A stretch of DNA of 63,447 nucleotides, filler included, from Octopus bimaculoides (Eukaryota): the NCBI RefSeq assembly GCF_001194135.2. It is 4 parts of 3 records of this genome, joined end to end, with 100 filler letters (N's around TTAATTAATTAA, not from the genome) between each part and the next. Parts side by side here need not be neighbours in the genome. Positions count along the whole stretch, not along the records: positions 26,566 to 56,171 come from NC_068981.1; 3 more parts are not named here. One strand, 5' to 3'. Positions 26,466 to 38,899 of the stretch are shown here, one piece after another. Within the stretch, counting starts at the first letter, position 1. Each line of letters opens with the position of its first letter. Below the pieces are notes generated by a model. The model was not told the DNA's origin and did not search any database. It was given only the letters and a program-made list of their open reading frames with translations. The position numbers were made by a program, and so were the translations under genes.

Positions 26466-26565
26466 NNNNNNNNNNNNNNNNNNNNNNNNNNNNNNNNNNN
26501 NNNNNNNNNTTAATTAATTAANNNNNNNNNNNNNNNNNNNNNNNNNNNNNNNNNNNNNNNNNNNN
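26466..26565. other. Artificial 100-nt scaffold spacer N44-TTAATTAATTAA-N44
   Basis: Exactly 44+12+44 with stops in all six frames; repeated identically at 56172 and 61277. Confidence 0.95.
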
Positions 26566-26585
26566 ATATATATATATGTTTGTGT

Positions 26586-26624
<39 letters not shown>

Positions 26625-26696
26625 AGGTTGAAAAGGAACACACAAGTTGATATGTATAAGGAAAATAAGACGAGGTAGAAAATGCTCAAATAATGT

Positions 26697-28272
26697 TATC
26701 ATGAAGAACAATTTAGTACCGGTTTCAGTCTTTGCGACGTTTTTAACTTAGAATAGACACGAAAAACAATTAAACCGCGAAAAAAATTAAATGAAATGTT
26801 TTTTAAAAATATTTCCATATTTTTTAAATGCAATAGACATTTTCCTTTTTTTCTGTTGAGAGAGAGACAGACTGACCCTCACACGAGATACAGAAAATGC
26901 CGATAAAAACAAACACAATCAATACCATAAATGAAGAAATATGAAAGAACTCAAGAAAATCAACAGAAACTTGTTGCGTATTTTTTTAACAAACCTAACT
27001 CGACACATGAATCCAATCGATACGAAAAATATAACCACGGAAATTGACGAAAGCCTTGAAAACCTATGCGAAACAGTTAGAACATTTTTCTCAAACAACG
27101 CGAACCAAAGGCCTCCGAACGAGGCAGCATATGGGATCAAGACACTAACAACATACCAAAAAAACACCACATAGTACCACAATGGAACGAATCACTCAGA
27201 CCTCCAAACTATGGAAAGAAGATTATGATAAAGAAGAAGTGAAATCCCTCCAACGCTGGGAAAAAGGACCACTTGGTTCTCAAACTACGAAACTGTCTTT
27301 CAAAATTACGCTTCCAACAACGCTTTCCTAAAAACCAGAAGATCAACGCAACACTCTAACATAGATTCACACCTATCTAAAAAGTGGAAGCATCACCCCT
27401 ATCAAAGAAAGAATATGAGACCTAACCCTTGCTTTGTAACCCACCAGTGAAAAAAAACATCGTGAGTACTTTAACATGAAATAGAGAAATTAAAAATCAC
27501 TATCCGCAAGACAAATATTACAACCTCTTCCCTCATGAGGAGTTACCAACGGAGTTTTCGTTCCAACCATCCACTCAAAAACCACGCACAAGAAACCCGT
27601 ACCACACGTAACAATTACCAACGACGGCCCCCTAAAACACCACATCTGACCATGGTACATTGGGACACAACTTTCAATACCCTTCCAAAAACCCGCACCA
27701 TCAATCACAACAGGGCACTCCACAACAACAGAGAACACCGGCATAACAGCTACCGTCCCAGTCACCTCAATTATTTTTTAGATCCAACATGCAAACACAG
27801 ATATACGAGATAGCACCAGACAGACAGGAGGAACCTGATGTGATAAAAATCATCAACGTAACTCACAAAGAACTAACAACAAACCAAATCAACATACTCT
27901 CCAAAGGGCTCAAGTTTACCTGTCCCCCCCCCCAATATCCCAACTGCCATCAAATGAAAGAAAACATTGTGGAATTCTGGATAAAATTACGATTCGCTGA
28001 GGAACTATACGACAAATACAACGAGGAAGAATTGTTAGTCCGAAATAGAAGTAACTACAGCCTTTCAAAAGGACTGCTACTACCTACCACCTGCTACGAA
28101 GATTTCACAAGAGTAAAAAAGAGAGACAAAGAGACAGACAAAAGGAAAATGTCCCTTGCATTTGAAAACTATAGAAATATTTAAAAAAAACATTTCATTT
28201 AATTTTTTCACAATTTAATTGTTTTTCATGCTTTACTCAAAGTTGAAAAGTACTAAAATGTTCTTCATGATA
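26697..28272 (+). mobile_element. Penelope-like element remnant: N-terminal ORF fragments between inverted terminal repeats of about 130-155 bp
   Basis: ORF 27789-28184 IINVTHKELTTNQINILSKGLKFTCPPP...IVEFWIKLRFAEEL...LVRNRSNY matches the PLE pre-RT NLS..L...E..LL.KGL.F motif. 26697-26851 is the reverse complement of 28143-28272 apart from one 20-bp indel. Confidence 0.7.
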
Positions 28273-28912
28273 NNNNNNNNNNNNNNNNNNNNNNNNNNNN
28301 NNNNNNNNNNNNNNNNNNNNNNNNNNNNNNNNNNNNNNNNNNNNNNNNNNNNNNNNNNNNNNNNNNNNNNNNNNNNNNNNNNNNNNNNNNNNNNNNNNNN
28401 NNNNNNNNNNNNNNNNNNNNNNNNNNNATATATATATATATATAAATCTGGTGAGAAGTATATATTTGGAGAAACAAAAATTAATTTTCTTATGCTGACA
28501 AACCGCTATCACGAAATTTCATTGTCCACGCCAATGTCTAAATAGGAACATTTTTCGTAATAGATATTTGAAATGACGATGTTAAGAGTATAAAACCGAT
28601 GTAGATAATATTCCAATGTCAATTCGTGTATTTATACACTCATTTCTCATGGGAAATTTACACTATTTATGGAAGCATTTCAATGTGAACAAAAACTTAT
28701 TTAAAATTCAATATTAGCATTCATATTCTATCATTGAAATATATAAACATCTTCAAATAAACGTGATATATCGTAAATAGCACCATCCATATTTACGAAT
28801 AAAAGTTAATTTGATATCTGAAAAGCAATTAATAGATCATATAAAAATAATAAAAACAATAATATTAATGACAACAACAGTAATATCAATAATAAACAAA
28901 AACGACAAAAGC

Positions 28913-29103
28913 AACAGCAGCAGCAGCAGCAGCAGTAGAAGAAGAAGAAGAAGAAGAAGAAGAAGAAGAAGAAGAAGAAGAAGAAGAAGAAGAAGAACAA
29001 TAATAATAATAATAATAATAATGATGATAATAATAATAATAATGATGATCATGATGATGATGATGATGATGATGATAATAATATTAATAATAATAATAAT
29101 AAT
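28913..29103. repeat. Compound (CAG)(GAA)(TAA)(TGA) microsatellite
   Basis: Direct reading. Confidence 0.95.
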
Positions 29104-29906
29104 AGGGTTAATAAAATCAATGACAGTTTAGAGAAACTGTCCAAAAATATTTATTGCTTAATTTCAGGAAGTCTTAAAATTCGATACGTGTTTCAATTAT
29201 GATAAGTGTTATATTGAATAAATAATTATCTGATTAATGTCAGAAATCTTTAGAATTGCAGTTTCATTAAATGCTTGGCGTAAATATTAACAAATTTTCC
29301 CTGTAGTCTGCAACAGAATCAAAGAAATATTCCCATTAAACCTTATACAAAGTTTTGAAATCTCTAAATATTATTGTGTATTCCACTTTGGTCCACAATT
29401 AATATGAAAATTATACATAGAAATTGGTACTGTGACACTAATGTACATAAGCATATTTATATATATATATCTTTCAGTGTGTATGTGTGCGTGCGTTTGC
29501 ATGTGTAGTTGTGTGGGTGTGCGCGCGTATTAGTGAATCTAGGTGTGCTTATGTGTAGTTTATAAGTGAGTGGTCGTGTTTAACCTAAAGTACAATCATA
29601 CTTGCTTAGACAACAGTCGTAAATTTTTTATACTATATATCATACGGTGATGTATTATACTATATATTATATGGCGGTGTACTTGCATACTAAATGACCT
29701 GATCTGAGATCGCGTGCTAAAACAAAAACAATTGTGACGTGGAAGGTGCTTATAAGCCATTTAAAAACACATAAAAACCGTTAAATTCTCTTCATTTAAA
29801 TTTAATTTCTCAATATATATTCCGCGCTTTGAGACCATGACCTGTTCACTCACAAAATTCCGTGCTGTATATATANNNNNNNNNNAGTGTGCATTTAAAC
29901 ACATAA

Positions 29907-30798
29907 TAACAAAATATGGTAAATGTTTTAATTTTTCATTCCCTTCGAAATTACGCATAACCGTGGTTTGGATTTTGACTGTTCCTTGTAGCATGCAAGG
30001 TATCCTATTAGGGCACCTCTTATGTCTTTAAATGTACACTAATTTTGTATGAATAATATATTGGCTATTGACTATTTTCGGCATGCTAGACCACTGGTAG
30101 AAAAATTTCTATAATTTTCCTACCCTGTATATTTTCCTAATAGGATTTGAGCAATTTTGAAGCAAGTCGACATTTTTATTTGCTGGCAACAAAAACTATG
30201 CTTACGCGGTGGATTTGAAAAAAAATATATATAAAGATAAGACATGCGCTATTTTGCATCATAATTATATGTTAATCTTTTGCGTAGCCACTGAGGAGAA
30301 CTTTGTCTAGCAAATTATTTTATTTGCTAATTATAGTTCGAAAACATGGTCCGGTAACAAAGTATGGCAAATGTGTTTATTTTTCATACCCTTCGAAATT
30401 ACCCCTAACCGCAGTTTGGATTTTGAGTGGTCCTTCTAGCCGCCGCTGTTTCCGGTTTGAAATCGGTTTTAGTCATCCACGGCCCTTTTTTTCTCTGTCT
30501 GTGTTATCTTCAACATCCCTATGAAAATTGTCCATACATACGTTTCTTTACCCGCCTATTTTCTGTTTCATTTATTTTCAATTGCTTGTACAGTGCTTTA
30601 TCTTTGCAGTCTTTCATCCTACTCAAGCCTGTCCTTCTTACGTCTAATGGTAGCGATACTGTGGCCCTTTTTCACATACCATGCTATGTTGTTTTATACA
30701 CTAATTTTATATGAATAATATTTTGATTATTTCCTGCATGCTAGGACACTGGTATACAAATTTCTATAGTTTTCCTACCCTATATACTTTTCCTATAT
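29907..30798. repeat. Diverged direct duplication of a unit of about 235 bp (29907-30139; 30355-30798, the second copy interrupted)
   Basis: Shared taacaaa.tatgg.aaatgt...cccttcgaaattac...tttggattttga...tacactaatttt.tatgaataata...gcatgctag.cactggta...ttttcctaccct.tata.ttttccta. Confidence 0.85.
30438..30705 (-). mobile_element. Inverted 268-bp near-exact copy of LINE E positions 32936-33206
   Basis: By-eye comparison: 5 substitutions plus one small indel; shares mutations that in this window are private to copy E (aaaaagggccacagtatcgctacc). Confidence 0.95.
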
Positions 30799-31144
30799 NN
30801 NNNNNNNNNNNNNNNNNNNNNNNNNNNNNNNNNNNNNNNNNNNNNNNNNNNNNNNNNNNNNNNNNNNNNNNNNNNNNNNNNNNNNNNNNNNNNNNNNNNN
30901 NNNNNNNNNNNNNNNNNNNNNNNNNNNNNNNNNNNNNNNNNNNNNNNNNNNNNNNNNNNNNNNNNNNNNNNNNNNNNNNNNNNNNNNNNNNNNNNNNNNN
31001 NNNNNNNNNNNNNNNNNNNNNNNNNNNNNNNNNNNNNNNNNNNNNNNNNNNNNNNNNNNNNNNNNNNNNNNNNNNNNNNNNNNNNNNNNNNNNNNNNNNN
31101 NNNNNNNNNNNNNNNNNNNNNNNNNNNNNNNNNNNNNNNNNNNN

Positions 31145-31460
31145 NCCCACTTCCTCCCAGGCACTTCCACCCACCCACTTCCTCCCACCCACCTCTCCTC
31201 TCCTGCTCCGACTCCTACTTCTCTGTACTTCTCTTCACTCCTATTTCTCTTTACCCCTACTCTTTCTCTCTTCTCTCTTCTCTCTTAGTCTCTTCTCTCT
31301 TACTCTCTTCTTGTTTCTTTCCGTGTTCCTTTCAGTTGAAGAGCGTAGGCTCGAAACCTCAAAGGCTTTCTCTATTCCCGAGCGTTAAACTAATACATTC
31401 ATTTGTTGTTTACATCACCTGTCTTCGTGTGTTGTTTTTTTTTCGTAAATTCTCCCATAT
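31145..31460 (+). mobile_element. PLE pseudo-LTR-type repeat with a pyrimidine tract and a degenerate hammerhead core
   Basis: 31333-31357: cagttga-a-gagc-gtag-gctc-gaaac (perfect 4-bp stem II and GAAAC; first box has 2 mismatches to CTGATGA). The 3' part is shared with 3520-3600. Confidence 0.55.
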
Positions 31461-31768
31461 ATTTATATATACGGTATATTAATTTGATATTTTAGTATTT
31501 CTACATGTGTTTCTATTTTACAATTATTACTTGTGCTTCCCTCCCAGTGCGGAAATACTCTTGTGTCATAAATTTTAGGTTCCCCACAAAATACATCTTT
31601 AACTTCCTCCTCATTTACTCCTGGTAATTGTGCATTTATCTAGTTAATAGAATTTTCATTGTAAGTTGTTGCAGACTAATGTTTATGTGTGGTTAAATTC
31701 AACGCCTTCAGTCGGACGAATCTTGATATCAATGGCCCTGCCAGTACTGGTTGACACACTGCCAGCAT

Positions 31769-31842
31769 TTTCTTCTTCTTCTTCTTCTTCTTCTTCTTCT
31801 TCTTCTTCTTCTTCTTCTTCTTCTTCTTCTTCTTCTTCTTCT
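31769..31842. repeat. (TCT)n microsatellite
   Basis: Direct reading. Confidence 0.95.
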
Positions 31843-32096
31843 CTTTCACGTTCTTACATTCTTTTTGCTCGCTTTCTTCCCTTTCTCCCCCTATCCGTCC
31901 TCTTGATCTCCTATCCACATGATTTCTTCCTCATTGAGCCATCCCACATACACAATTTAATTTTTTTCCTTTTAATTTTCTTCCGATACCTCCATAACAA
32001 CGTGGTCTGATATACGCAGAATGTTATAGTATATCTTAGAAGCAAATCTGAGGAAGTGCCTCTCCAATGCCTAAAGCCACATGCATTACGTCCATG

Positions 32097-33936
32097 TCAT
32101 GGATAGACTATCGTAAGGCGTACGACATGATGCCACATTCTTGGATTATAGAGTGTATGAACCTATTTGGTATTGCATCGAATGTTGAGAGATTGCTTGG
32201 AAAAAGTATGGCGAATTGGAGGACGTAACTGACAGCATACGGAAGAAGTTTAGGGGCAGTAGAAATCAGGAGGGGCATTTTCCAAGGGGACTGCCTGTCT
32301 TTGTACTGTTCTTGATACCACTAGCACTGATTCTGAGGAAAGCAAAATCTGGGTATGTATTCAAAAGCCACCAACAAAAAGTCAACCATTTGTTATTCAT
32401 GGATGACCTGAAACTTTATGGTAATGATGTATCCCAAGTCAGCTCCCTCGTTGATACGGTGTATACTTTCAGTGCTGATATAAGAATGGAGTCTGGACTG
32501 AGAAGGTGTGGTGTGTTAGTCTTGAAGAGAGGCAAAATTAAATGTATGGACGGGATAACGACACCGTAGGGGTAAGTTATGAAGCAGATAGATGAGACGG
32601 GCTATAAGTACGTGGGGATTTTGGAAATGGATAAATTGATGGAGAAAGAAATGACAGAAAAATTTAAGGTGGAGTACTTGCGCAGACTGAGACTGAACCT
32701 TAAGTCGAAAGGAAACGGGCGGAATAAGATTGAAGCAATCAACACCTTGGTGATCTCATTTCTTAGATATAGAGCAGGGGTAATCGCATGGTCAGTAGAC
32801 GAACTAAGCAGTATAGACAGAAAGACAAGGAAGATGCTAACTAGATAAGGGACGCTCCACGCAAGAAATGACACAGATAGATTGTATGTACTGAGGAAAA
32901 GAGAGGGGAGAAGTCTATTTGGATGCGAACATAGCATTAGTGTAGAAGAAAACAACATAGCATGGTATGTAAAAAAGGGCCACAGTATCGCTACCATTAG
33001 ACGTAAAAAGGACAGGCTTGAGTAAGATGAAAGACTGCAAAGATAAAGCACTGTACAAGCAATTGAAAATAAATGAAACAGAAAATAGGCGGGTAAAGAA
33101 ACGTATGTATGGACAATTTTCATAGGGATGTTGAAGATAACACAGACAGAGAAAAAAAGGGCTGTGGATGACTAAAAGCGATTTCAAACCGGAAACAGCG
33201 GCGGCTCTAATATGTGCTACTCAAGAACAAGCACTAAGAATAAATCACATAAAATACAGAATAGACAACCCAGCAGAAAGTGGTAAATGCAGAATTTGTG
33301 GACAAAATGGTGAAACCGTATGGCATATTACCAGTCAATGTACGTCACTAGCCCAGAAGGAATATAAGACACGCTACAACAATATAGCAAGGCTTGTCCA
33401 TTGGATACTTTGCAACAGGTATGGACTTGACGGAGCAAAGAATTGGTACGACCATAAAACCGAAGATATTATCGAAAATGATAATGCAAAGAGCCTGTGG
33501 TATTTTATGATTCAGTGCGACCTTGACATAGAGAATAGGAAGCCAGACATAGTATTAACTGACAAAGAAAGCAAACTATGCTGGATCATACATATAGCAT
33601 GCACAGCTGAAAACAAGTTATGCGATAAGGAAGAAAGAAAAGACGATAGCTATCACAGGTTAGCTTAGGATGTTAAGCATTTGTAGTCGATGAAAAAGGT
33701 AGTAGTAGTACCAATACTTATCGGAGCATTGGGAGCTGTGAGTAAAAATCTTGAGAAGTACATGAAACAAATAGGGGCTGCAATAAGGGTGGAACACTTG
33801 CACAAAAAACAACACTTCCTGGAACTGCTCGAATACTCCGGAAGAAGCTCCAAAACTAAGGGGTGTTTCCTTAGTTCACTGGGAGTGAACAGCTGACACC
33901 GTAGTACATCTCTAGCATTAGTAGTGGTGCCAAGGC
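32097..33936 (+). mobile_element. 5'-truncated R4/Dong-type LINE E (RT, CCHC, RLE, 3' UTR)
   Basis: WIDYRKAYDMMPHSW (32100), NHLLFMDDLKLYG, ETGYKYVGILEMDK, CRICGQNGETVWHITSQCTSLAQKEYKTRYNNIARLVHW, MIQCDLDIENRKPDIVL, KKVVVVPILIGALG; ends in (TAA)n. Confidence 0.92.
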
Positions 33937-34002
<66 letters not shown>

Positions 34003-34030
34003 TAGAAGAAGAAGAATCATAATAATAATA
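33937..34030. repeat. (TAA)n tail of LINE E
   Basis: Direct reading. Confidence 0.95.
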
Positions 34031-34165
34031 CATCCTACGCAAAACACTTTCAATACAGTAACCATAAGAACACCACAGCAAACCACAGCACATACCCAAG
34101 GCACACAGAGCTGCGCTCGGTAGTGAAGTGAAAGCACGTTATAAAAATAAAACTACTGAACAATA
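34031..34165 (+). mobile_element. 135-bp 3' end of the young R4/Dong-type subfamily nested in the TAA tail of LINE E
   Basis: catcctacgcaaaacactttc...aaaactactgaacaataataat is the reverse complement of 26250-26385; TAA on both sides. Confidence 0.9.
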
Positions 34166-35057
34166 ATAATNNNNNNNNNNNNNNNNNNNNNNNNNNNNNN
34201 NNNNNNNNNNNNNNNNNNNNNNNNNNNNNNNNNNNNNNNNNNNNNNNNNNNNNNNNNNNNNNNNNNNNNNNNNNNNNNNNNNNNNNNNNNNNNNNNNNNN
34301 NNNNNNNNNNNNNNNNNNNNNNNNNNNNNNNNNNNNNNNNNNNNNNNNNNNNNNNNNNNNNNNNNNNNNNNNNNNNNNNNNNNNNNNNNNNNNNNNNNNN
34401 NNNNNNNNNNNNNNNNNNNNNNNNNNNNNNNNNNNNNNNNNNNNNNNNNNNNNNNNNNNNNNNNNNNNNNNNNNNNNNNNNNNNNNNNNNNNNNNNNNNN
34501 NNNNNNNNNNNNNNNNNNNNNNNNNNNNNNNNNNNNNNNNNNNNNNNNNNNNNNNNNNNNNNNNNNNNNNNNNNNNNNNNNNNNNNNNNNNNNNNNNNNN
34601 NNNNNNNNNNNNNNNNNNNNNNNNNNNNNNNNNNNNNNNNNNNTATATATATATATATACATATATATACATATATATAATAGAGCAGGCTACCTACCGT
34701 ATATCAATCCAATCCTCCCGAGTTATCTGTATGGGACTCTTATGCTTGCGATACAACGTGTAGTGTAGAATAAATAGATTAATGACGAGAAATATTTCAT
34801 GGGTGGAAACGTCTATATTTGTATTAATGCGCTGTTACATATGTTTCATGTGTGAATATATCGGCACATTCATAGCATATCATTAAATATTGTTTATTAT
34901 ATACGTAATATAATTCGTAATGCAGCTATATTTAATGCAAAATTGGTTGAAAAAGTATGCATTTCAAATTAGTGGACTCTCGTATGGTCCATAATATCTT
35001 ATGAATGTAGGTTTGTAATCCAATAAAAATACATTTCATACCGAAACATATATATGA

Positions 35058-35117
<60 letters not shown>

Positions 35118-35758
35118 TTGTAATTCACTTTTATTTATTTGTGTGTATATATATATATATCGATGGGGAGTCAGAAAAAGAGGGAAATACAAGTATAGCA
35201 GAATGAATTTCTTTGATTCTAGCAATGACTCATGGATTATTGAAAGAAAGGAAAAGTGTTACTTTGAAGGAACAGAACTCGAGGAAGAAGGAGGCTTACA
35301 AAACCATCAATATGTAATGTGTTGCAGTGCCTCGTACTGAAGTGTAAAAGCATAGTTTCCGGAAGAACTTGAACTAACACATTAAAATAATTAGCTGACG
35401 TCATTGTTACAAATATGTCACAGAGAGATCCTAATTTTAATTTCTGTGAAGTGAGGATTTTTACGCTAATCACGTTTGTTTGAAGCAGAGATTAAAGAAG
35501 CTCTATAATCTAAATGAAGTTAAAAATCAATAGAGTTCAAGTATTTATAAGATCACAGGTCCTAATATCAAAATAAAGAACTTTCACATGTTGAATGTTA
35601 TTCTAACCCATCAACGAATCTCGTACTGCTGGACACTTTTTTACAATCGCTGCCACATGCCCATTCCATTTCAAATATTGTCTAAATTATGTATCTACAT
35701 ATGCTTTTTGTGTTTGTATGTGTTTCTATATGTAAGTGTGTGCACATGTATGCGTCTG

Positions 35759-35760
<2 letters not shown>

Positions 35761-35848
<88 letters not shown>
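35761..35848. repeat. (CA)n microsatellite
   Basis: Direct reading. Confidence 0.95.
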
Positions 35849-35855
<7 letters not shown>

Positions 35856-38574
35856 ACGGATGTATAATTTTTTGAATATATTTTTAAGAAAGAATCTGGT
35901 TACTAACAACGATACAAAGTTCCTCCGTGGAATGCAGATATGAAAATCAAATTCAAACACATCTCACGTACTTTTACTCTTCCATTGTATTTGTAACATA
36001 TCTCTCAGTTGATTAATGTCTTGTTTTCAAATAGCTCCAGATTTTCGATTAAGCACTTCCAAAAGTATTTGTGCCAATTATCATTGGTGTAAATGTATGT
36101 TTATAATATAAATATAAAATATGCAATTGTCCGTTATAACCCACTTTTACGAAGCTTTTCGGAGAGATATCCTGCCACTGAGGTACATGATTCTATGATG
36201 ACACAAGCTTGTATTTTTTTTGTCTTTAACTGTTATATCCGGACTGGTATGTTTGAACGTGGTAGAAGTTTTGATTGGTAAGGTTCTTAATTAATGTACT
36301 AACAGTGATATTCTCAATATTATCTCCAGGGTATTTCTTATCATGTGACACTATATATTGTGTTAGCATGAATTTCATGACATGTGACATCTTTAGGCAG
36401 CTATTGTTCCCACTTGGGATGTTATTTGGCTCTCTATAGTTCTTTGAGTATACACATTAAAGGCTTTTTGTAGGAGTCAATCTCTTGTACCAGTATCAAG
36501 CTATGAATTCTCTTCCGGGTGCTTTCCTATTATGTAGTCTGCAGCTATAGTTAAAGTTTCAAACTCGATTGCGCATGTTTTACTGTCAGTGTTGGTAAGG
36601 TATTCTTTCCTAACTATTTTTAGCCATGATATTTATGTTTGTAAATATGTATTTATGTATGTAAATATGTGTAATAGAAAAATGAAGTAAACTGAATGAA
36701 AGAGGGTATGATTTAAAGTGAATTTAAAATTACATTGAACGAGGCGTATGAGTGTCATGTTTAATAATATGCTTTGGATTTTCATATGGCTATATAGTTC
36801 AAATAATGTATATTACTTTTAAGCACAAATACATCAATCTTTGTATTAAGAAAGGCAGAGGAGATTCCCTGCAAAATAAAATTCATAACAAATTGCAGGG
36901 AATTATTTTAGTCATATTTCTTTTTTTACATTAAATATCTTGAAACTGAAATTTGTTCTGCCGTGGGCATTAAAAATTAGCGCGTATCACTTTGTATAAG
37001 AAACATCCACTGAATATATGTGCTGTGGTAAATGACCAACAGAAATTAGTTAAATAGTTTTTTTTCTTATAATATGAATTTCTTTCCGACAATTACTATC
37101 ATTGTCATAAGTAAATTTCGCTAAATCTGTAGAATGTTTGAGTACACGTTGAATTCACCATTAGTGTATCATATAAAAATTATAAAGGTAACTAAAATGG
37201 AAGAAGAATTCATTGCAGGTGCTATAGTTTCCGTTTCTCTCAACATTACTCAAAATTAAGACATGTACTTGTGAAAGCCCTGCAGATGCTTCAATATTTA
37301 AGTATCTATTTCAACAGCAGCATATTATGTTTGGTATTGCGAGATTTTGATCTGATTTCATTAAATTACATAACGTCTTCAGTATACGTTGTTTTCAAAT
37401 GCACAAATATAATTTTATTCAAACTTTCCTGCATTTCAATTTCCTATATTGATATAGATTCAACCAAATGGATTGGTAGAATTCTGAAAAAAAAAACAAA
37501 CAAAAAAAAACAAACAAATGCATATTATTTTACGATTATCATTGCGATATTTACTACATTTCCTAAAATTCTATGAACTTCTCCTATATGGCAATAACAG
37601 AATAGTTTCTGCATCTACCGACTGGAATTCGGTTCAGAATTAAATATAATCATTTGTAACACCGTCGCTTCTAATAACAATACTGAGGACCATTAGTATT
37701 TCTTAGCATAGCAGGAGTAAAATAGATTAATAGAAATGTGCCTATATCACTGATTATCACCATGAATTTGAAACCCACCGAATTTTGTTGCGTTTTAAGA
37801 AAGAGCACAGTAGGACAGAGTTACGTTTCTGTATGGAATGGGTATTAGATATTCTATATCTGTCACCAGTAATCGACTAAATGTTTCAATAATCTCGTTC
37901 ACATTCCACACACAACTGTAATATAAGTTATAAATGGTTATGCAATGAAGCCAAACATAACGGCCGCAGTGGAGATGGATCCAATCTGACTAGGCTCAGA
38001 ATATTTGCAAATCCTTGTAAATAACAACTTTCGAAATAGTATGTTAATTGAAAAAATAAAAAAAACAAAAAAAAAAAAACAACGTTTCTGATTATCAATG
38101 TCGTACGTTCTGGTAAAGAAATATATTATGAGATTAAACATATATATGTGAATATATACCACGAATACAACGGTTGTGCACGTGATTCGAACACGACCAC
38201 TTATCTACAAATTAAGATCGAGGAAACTGAATTGAGCACAGTTTTTTGCAAGGTAAATTATCTTATCCTTATTTAACTTTTAGAAACGAAGGTCAACATA
38301 TGTTCTGATGAGCTTTAAAACCTTTATGTAATGCGCAATAGTAAAAAAGTCAAATGATTGGACAATCTGGATAAACAAAACATGTATGTGCAAGATTTCT
38401 TTTATTTGTGACAAACATTGCTGTCATTCAATTGATTTTGTAACATGTAACCAGGTGTCATGACTTTTCCATTTCTTTTAGGTGTACATGTATCGTGAAA
38501 AGAGATAGACATCCCCTAGGACTCTCTTCACTTTACTTGCCAGAGCTGGTGAGAAAACGGCTGCAGCAGAATTA

Positions 38575-38720
38575 GGCTGTTACTCATTTTCTGCAGAGTG
38601 ATCGGCAGAGTGATGAAATGAACTGTATCACGCAAAAACAAAACATACAATACACTCGTGGAGTTGGATCCATGAACTTATGATAATGGACCAGACCCGA
38701 ACCGCTAGGTTATGCGACAG
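38575..38720 (-). mobile_element. Old decayed tRNA-derived SINE (third family)
   Basis: The pattern tactcattttctgcagagtga...gtgatgaaatg...ggagttggatccatgaacttatgat...ccgaaccgctaggttatgcg resembles the reverse complement of a tRNA-head SINE. Confidence 0.4.
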
Positions 38721-38899
38721 CTTATTGTGAAATATGCATATGTTGGCATATCACACTACTGATACACCTGGTTCGTAGTTTTCAATATCTTTTGATGCTA
38801 ACAACTTGCAGATGCAAGACATACCAGTTGAAAGCTCCGCAAACCTAATGCATGCACGTTTATGGGATTATCATAAGAGAATGCGCGCTGTTTCGGGGC

